This document shows, piece after piece, positions 49,018 through 55,169 of a stretch of DNA of 55,169 nt. Source of the DNA: Gonapodya sp. JEL0774 (lineage: Eukaryota); NCBI GenBank assembly GCA_027604505.1, contig JADIIX010000033.1, forward strand, positions 124,001-179,169, given 5' to 3'. The translations under genes and the position numbers were made by a program. Positions within the stretch are counted from its first letter, which is position 1. Each line of letters starts with the position of its first letter. A model generated the notes under the pieces. That model ran no database searches and was not told where the DNA came from. It saw only the letters and a program-made list of their open reading frames with translations.

Positions 49018-52004
49018 TCACACCGCCACAATCTCACACACCTCAAGGGCCTCGCACCTCCCCCTCGCCACCCTGACCATCTCCTCGACCCTGAGCCCCG
49101 CGATCCGTCTAGCCTCGGCGGTGTCCAACACCCCGTTCTCCACCTCTTCGTCAAAGTGGAACGCAACGTTGGCGATGCGGAGGAACCTGAGCGCGGGGTT
49201 GTTGGCCAGGATCTGTGTGAAAGCTGCCATGGAGGGCGCCGAGGAGGCGAACCGGACGGGCAAGGCCGGTTCCCCGTCCAACACCGCGCCGGGTGTGGAC
49301 GAGCCACCGGACCCACCACCCCCACTGACGGGCGCCATCAGTTCCCCCGTGGCAGTCCTTTGCTGCCACCCAGCCCCCACAGGCTGCGGGTCGTCGTCTT
49401 CCGCCTGCCCTCCGGCCGCCTCCCCGCCCGAGGTGACGGTCCACCCAGCCTGCGCGTCCCGGGGCAGAATCCCCTCGATCGTTACGACGTCCAAGCCCTT
49501 CAACCGGCGCGCCAGGACCGTCCAGTGGTGCGGGGTGAGTTGCACGTGGGACAGGCGGAAGATCTTGACGGGGCCGGTGGTTCCGGGTGGCGCCGTGGCG
49601 GTTGCGGTTCCGGTGGTATCGAACGGGTTGAGTGGAGCAGGAACAGGCGCGGGCGACGGGTCGAGCGAGGCGTACGCGTCGAGGATCTTGTCGACAAGAC
49701 CGGCGGAGAAGGCGATGAGGCGGAGGTTGCGGACGCGGGGGAAGCGGGTGAGGGTTTGGAAGGTGGACCAGGCGCCCACTTTTGGTTCGAGGTTCGGGGA
49801 TGTGGAGGAGGTGGGGACGTGGGGACAGGGAGGAGGAGAGTGCGACGGGGAAGGAAGGAGGGGTGCATCGTGAGTTCGTGGTGCCGTCCACCGCACAACC
49901 GTGCCCGGTGTGAGCCTCGACACGAACGACAATGACGATCACACGGTATCGTGCACGCTGCAGCGCGCGTTTTCTCTGGGCTAAAAAAAAACTCCCTCTC
50001 GTGAGCCCGCGTTCCCGACTCCCCGACGGAACCAAGAAGTCCCCGAGACCAAACCCGCACACATGACACACACACATCACACTGCGACCACGAGACTTTG
50101 CGAGCCAGAACACCTGATTCGGAAACGAGACACCAGAACCGAGGCACCGAGAGCCCAAGACCCAACATCCCGATCCGCCGAAACCACACCAGCTTCCCCG
50201 ACCTCCCCGACCTCCCCGAACCCCACCCTCCCTCGTCACACTTGACACGAGACGGCACATCCGCCGCCCCCCGGAGCCAGGTCCGATGTTCGAGACTCTG
50301 ACCGCGACACCAGAAACCGAACCCGTGTACGGTAGCTCACAGGAGCACTGATGACGGTGAGCTCGGCACGCGAGAGGTGCCGGCACCGACAGGAAACATG
50401 GATTATAGAAACAAAAAACACAGAACTGCGGCACTAGCAAAGTTCTCAACTTCCCTGAACGCAGGCCCCGGAATACCAATCATCCAACCCCGCACCCCAC
50501 CCCCTCAAAACCCCCACCCCACCACCCTCAACCCGCCCAACTCACTCGTCAAAATCAGAGTCTCCACATTCACGTTCCCCTGCACATAGCCCGATCCAAA
50601 CACGCACCGGTCCGGCCTCTGCCCCATCTGCTGCTGTGGTGGCGGCGGTGGAGGGGCCGGCGGGAAGGGCAGGGGAACGCCGGCGATGACCGCGTTGAGG
50701 ATGGTGGCGGAGACGATGGTGGAGGTGGCGGTGGAGCCTGGGGGCGGGACGGGGGGGAGGGGGGGGGGTGGGGGGGGGAGGGAGGGTGGTGTTGGGTCGG
50801 TGCCGTTGTGGCCGCTGGCTTGACCGTCCGACGCGTCTGCAGAGCGCGACCAGGCTGCAGAGCCCGGCACGGTCGGAAGTGGAGGTGCGGGAGGCGGGTA
50901 CGGTTCTGGCGAGGGATCCGCGACCAAAGTTTGTTTCCCCCTCTGGGGGAGAGTCGCGGAGTGGGACCTATCCATTCCGAAAAACTCGGCCGGCACGTTG
51001 GACTGGACGACCTCGACGTGGGCGAGGTGGGCGAATCCGGGGACCGGGGGGGCCGAGGAGGGCATGGGGGAGTTGGAGAGAGCCGGGACGCGGACGTCGA
51101 AGAGGTGGAGGTGGGTGACGTGAGGGTAGAGGGGGAGGAGCATGCGGTGGAACTCGATGGCGGGGAGGCGGGGGAGGGTGATGAGGGAGAGGGTGAGCGG
51201 CGGGGGCGGGGGCAGGGCAGGGTTGGTGGTGGTGGACGAGGAAGAGGAGGACGGGGAGGGGCGAGGGAGACCGCGGGTGGATCCGACGTAGGTGAGGCGG
51301 CGGGCTGCGTCGTTGTTGCGGGAGTAGATGGTGATTGAGGCGAGGTTCGGGCAGAGGTCGAGAGCGGCGGTGAGGAGGCGGGGTAGCCACCAGGGGTCAG
51401 CGGGGCCTGGAGTGGTGGAGAGGGAGTTGGAGCCGGGGCCGAAATTGGTTGTGGCAGATGTTGTGGCCGGCGCGGGCAGCTGGGGCAACTGGTCGTTTGG
51501 GTCGACAGAGACGGTGAGAGCGGAGAGTGCGTGTCTTATGTAACCGTTTCTGGTGTCTGCGATTAAAGTGCAGAGTCTGTTTACAGACAACTGGTTTCCG
51601 TTGTAGACGTGCGGGTGTCTGTAGAGTACGGGGAGGAAAGTTTCGTACCAGTTGCGGTTAACGAGCAGGAACGGGTGGAGAGAGACCAGACCGTGGGATC
51701 TGACACGGGAAGGGTGGGAGTTGAAGGTGGCGAGATGGTCGGCGATGAGGGCGAGGACCTGGGGGGAGGGGGAGGGGGAAGGGGGGCGGCAGTTGAGGTG
51801 GAGTTGAAGTGAACGAGAGATGGGAGAGAAGATGTGACAGTGAATTGATGTTGAAGTGATGTTGAGTTGATGACGGGCCAGAGGGTGGGGGGGGGGAGGG
51901 GGAGAGAGCGACAGGGGACACCACTGCGAACTGACCTCGGGCAGAATGACGCGTTTGGGTTTGTCCGGCACCCCCGACGCTCCGCTCTCTTCTGCCATTT
52001 CCAT
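49018..52004 (-). CDS. F-box-like protein with LRR-like segments and Pro-rich insertions (3 predicted exons)
   Basis: ILPE|VLALIADHL..LHPFLLVNRNWYETFLPVLYRHP is an F-box-like N-terminus. LRR-like segments LCPNLASITI, HVTHLHLFDV, VRNLRLIAF, NPALRFLRI, RCEALEVCEI. ORFs 50505-52109 and 49018-49932 can be joined by a GTGAGT donor (~50546) and an acceptor at ~49780. Confidence 0.65.
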
Positions 52005-52551
52005 TGTCTTCTTTTTCTTTCTTCGCTCTCGTCGTCGTCCTTGTTGTCTCTTTGTTGCTCCACCGCGAATCTCGCGATTGTCGCTCCAAACACGGCCACA
52101 CACACCCAAACCAATCCCCCCATCCCCTAAATCTGATCGGGTGGGTGGCCACAGACGTCTCCTCTACAAATTATTCCCTTCATTCTACCCATCACAAGCA
52201 CCCACCTGCACCACTTTATTCTTCCTTTTCATACTCATTTAGTAAATGGGACTCTCCAGTCACTGTCACTGCCAGCTTAGACCCCCACCTCTTTGGACAC
52301 ATCCTCAGTCCCCACGTAGAAATCGAAATGGACATGCAATTATTACACACAAACAAACTGAAAAATTGATCAATCATTCGAACGGTTCACTCGGATAGCA
52401 AAGGTACTTTGCAAATGGGAGTCACAAACGATCGCTCCATCCATAAACTTGGGAGGGCCAGCCGACAGCCAAAGCCGGTTTGAACGCCACAGTCCACCAC
52501 CCCACGACCCCGCTTACAAAAATCACACTCCCATCACCGACCCCCACCCCC

Positions 52552-54166
52552 TCATCCAAACACCCGTTGCCACATCGTCTTTGCGTACACGTATCTCGTT
52601 CCTGGCTCGCCCGGTTTCCCGATCCCCTTGTCCGTGCACCAATCCTTGAAGGTCTGCAATCCCGGATGCAGGGTACGTAGTGCAGCAATGTCGATCTGCA
52701 ATTTTGCAGTGGAGGAGGTGCAGAGGGAGGGGGCAAAGGAGAAGTGGAGAGCGTTCGTTTGCCGGGATGGGGGGGGGGGGGGGGATGGCGGGGTGGATGG
52801 CGGGGGGACCAAGTACGCGAACGAGTTGAGCACGACCGCACAAATGAAGGTGCAGAGCAAAACTGGGGAGCGGACAGCACTGACCTCGGTCGTGATAAAT
52901 TGGTCGAACGCTCGGCCCATCTGGTACAGATCCGAGGATATGAAGCGGAGAACGAAGTTGGGTATCCGGTAGTATTTCCACTTGACGCCCGTCAGTTGGC
53001 TGAGGATCTGGTGCAGGAGAGAGAGAGAGATAAGAACGATGAAATTCGGACCACCAAAACGGCAGCTCCGATCAATCCCCCCGACCAACCACATCGTACC
53101 CACCGCCGCACACTCGTCGTTGCTCAACTCGTCCCCCGCGATGTCCACTTTCCTCCCTTTAAACTCCTCCACCCTATCGAACGCCATGGCCACAAACACC
53201 CCTATATCCCTCGCCGAAATCCAGTGCATCTTTTGGTCGGGCTTGCCCAGCGACACGAGGGTCCCCTTGGACATGGGCCCTTGCATCTCAAAGTTCTCCA
53301 TGAACCCGGTGGGGCCGATGATGGACCACCCCACGGGCCAGGACAGGGAGCAGATCCGGGCTTGGATCTGTTGCTTGCTCCAGTAGAAGGGGAATTGGAC
53401 TCTGCAGTGGATGATGGACCAAGCGTCAGTCCACCGCAGGGAAACCAAGCGAACAGGCAGACAAAGGAAAAACAAACCGAATGATTGAATACCGAGCTCG
53501 ATCGAACGATCGAATGCAAGTTGATATCGAAAAACTCACTTCATGGCGTCCGCGTTGATTCCTCCTCCGGACGCGAAGACGATGTACGACACGCCGGCCT
53601 TGAACGCGATATCGACCGCGTTCACACCCTTCACGTAAGGCAAAAAAAAATGAATGAGAATGTAAAAAGCAATTGTCGCCCAGAGATGTCGAACCGGGTC
53701 AACTCCTCACCATCTCCACCTCCTTCTTCGCGCCTCCGTTGCTCTGCGGATCCGTCACCAAATACACTCCCCACACGCCCGCGAACGCTCTCTCCATGGC
53801 CGCTTTATCCGTCAAGTCACCCTTGACCACCTGCACGCCTTGCTCCGCCAGCGCCTTGGCCTTGGCCGAGTCGGGGTTCCTCGTCAGGGCCAACAGCGTG
53901 TACCGGGCGCACAGGTCTTGGTCCCGGCGCATGGCGGAAAGGGCGGCACCGCCTTGCGTGCCCGTTGCACCCGTGATCAGAATCTGTCGGTGGGGGGAGG
54001 TTTTGGGGGGGTGGGGGATGTGGGTGTGCGAGGAAGTGGGTACGGAGATGGTGACGATCGGGCGATGGGCATGGTGAACCACGCAATTCGCGATTCAAAT
54101 TCATGCCTGGTAGGCGCCAGTGTACATACGTACCTTGAGTTTTCCCTGTGTAGTATCAGTAGACAT
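52552..54166 (-). CDS. NmrA-like family NAD(P)-binding protein
   Basis: MSTDTTQGKLK|ILITGATGTQGG (Rossmann motif), ALTRNPDSAKAKALAEQGVQVVKGDL, GVWGVYLVT, IGPTGFMENF, WISARDIGVFV, IAGDELS, LHPGLQTFKDW. Confidence 0.9.
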
Positions 54167-55169
54167 GAAAAGACACGTGCAAGCAGACAGATCCAATAGG
54201 AAAGCATTTTTCCCCGCGTCTATTTATGTGGTTCTTCAACCTCGTTTCAACCCCTTGTAGCGCCACCTGAGTGCGCGCTGAGCAAGGTTACGCCGCTTGG
54301 GTAGTTTGGATCGATGCGTATAAACTCGTTTCACCGCACCTAAGCGGATCGTCCACAGACCTCAGCCGATCGCTCGGTCGAGAATAACATATGAATATTT
54401 TATATATTGATGACACCGCACAGATGAAACAGACCGGAAATTGGATCGTAGCTCGACGGCCATCGGTGATTCCATCCAAGTGCGTTTTTGTGTTCCGTCC
54501 GCCCTTCAGGACTCGCGATTCGAGGGGACGTTGTTCGTGCGCTGCCGGCCAGAACCCAACGCGAACGCCCGAACGTCGCCGTCGGCCGATGGTAACGACG
54601 GATCACAGAAAAGTTGAACTTGGTGAATCCGCTCCATCCATCCGGAGGCCCCACTGTCGCCCATAAATTCCCTGAACAAGGTTCGCGGCGGGTTTGTGGA
54701 GGCGTATCAGCGGAACACGTGACGCAAATCGATGAGCTCCGGGATTGCGGTCAGCGTTCAAGTCTCAGACCATCGTAGTGCATGTACGACTGCACGATCT
54801 CTGGTAGCACGAGGGACGACGAGACGACCGTACCATGAAACAAGAAACCAAGGGTGTATTCCCAAGCAGAGTGGAACATCCACACACACGCCGAGCGTCG
54901 ACCCCCGCCGCCTGCGCCTGGGGCCGCAGTGGTAGCTATCAGAGCCGCTGCCGTGAACGAGCTGCGGATGATGTCACGCTTGGAACGGCGAACGGTAAGG
55001 CGAGGCTGGATGTCAATGAGTATCGTGCAAAAGAGTGAGGGCGGGTGGTCGCCGCGACTCCACATGGAGCTGAGGCACAGCAACCCAAAAATGGAAAATA
55101 CTTTTACCTGACCCCCTTAAGTCTTTTATCTGACCCACATCGGTACTTTTTTCTGACAGGCCAGTTTAC

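Noticed and set aside
20437..52785. Long poly-G runs (e.g. ~20437, ~50760, ~51886, ~52768)
   Set aside because: On the coding strand these are intronic C-tracts or poly-Pro codons, i.e. ordinary low complexity.
48940..53484. Long overlapping ORFs such as 48940-49935(+), 49151-50479(-) and 52744-53484(+)
   Set aside because: These are shadow frames of GC-rich genes with no recognisable domains.
54732..55169. Possible start of a plus-strand gene at the right edge
   Set aside because: An ATG and donor-like sites exist, but no frame or product can be supported.

Overview
This is eukaryotic, gene-dense DNA with many short GT-AG introns and micro-exons. A zoosporic (flagellated) fungus is the most likely source; this is an inference from fungal-type housekeeping genes plus a ciliary NPHP1 homologue. 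Spliced genes, in order: OLA1/YchF ATPase (+); a large WD40/HEAT protein (-); two tandem paralogous receptor-like genes (+); phosphatidylserine decarboxylase PSD1 (-); an ML/NPC2 lipid-binding protein (+); SAR1 (-); a DNMT1-type C5 DNA methyltransferase (+); SEC7/BIG ARF-GEF (+); a CRAL-TRIO protein (-); an ankyrin-RING protein (-); an NPHP1-like protein (+); an F-box-like protein (-); and an NmrA-like protein (-). The two receptor-like genes are the best candidate for an undescribed system. Each has a signal peptide, a 10-Cys module, an S/T/P stalk, one TM helix and a cytosolic SH3 domain. They only become visible after micro-exon splicing, and one carries a recent 473-bp duplication of the whole Cys-module exon cassette. 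About 43-48.9 kb is an accessory block with two diverged copies of a degenerate element. Each copy ends in a 66/42-bp minisatellite array whose unit lengths preserve reading frame, and the two copies differ by many CpG-type transitions. All exon structures were assembled by eye and need RNA-seq confirmation.
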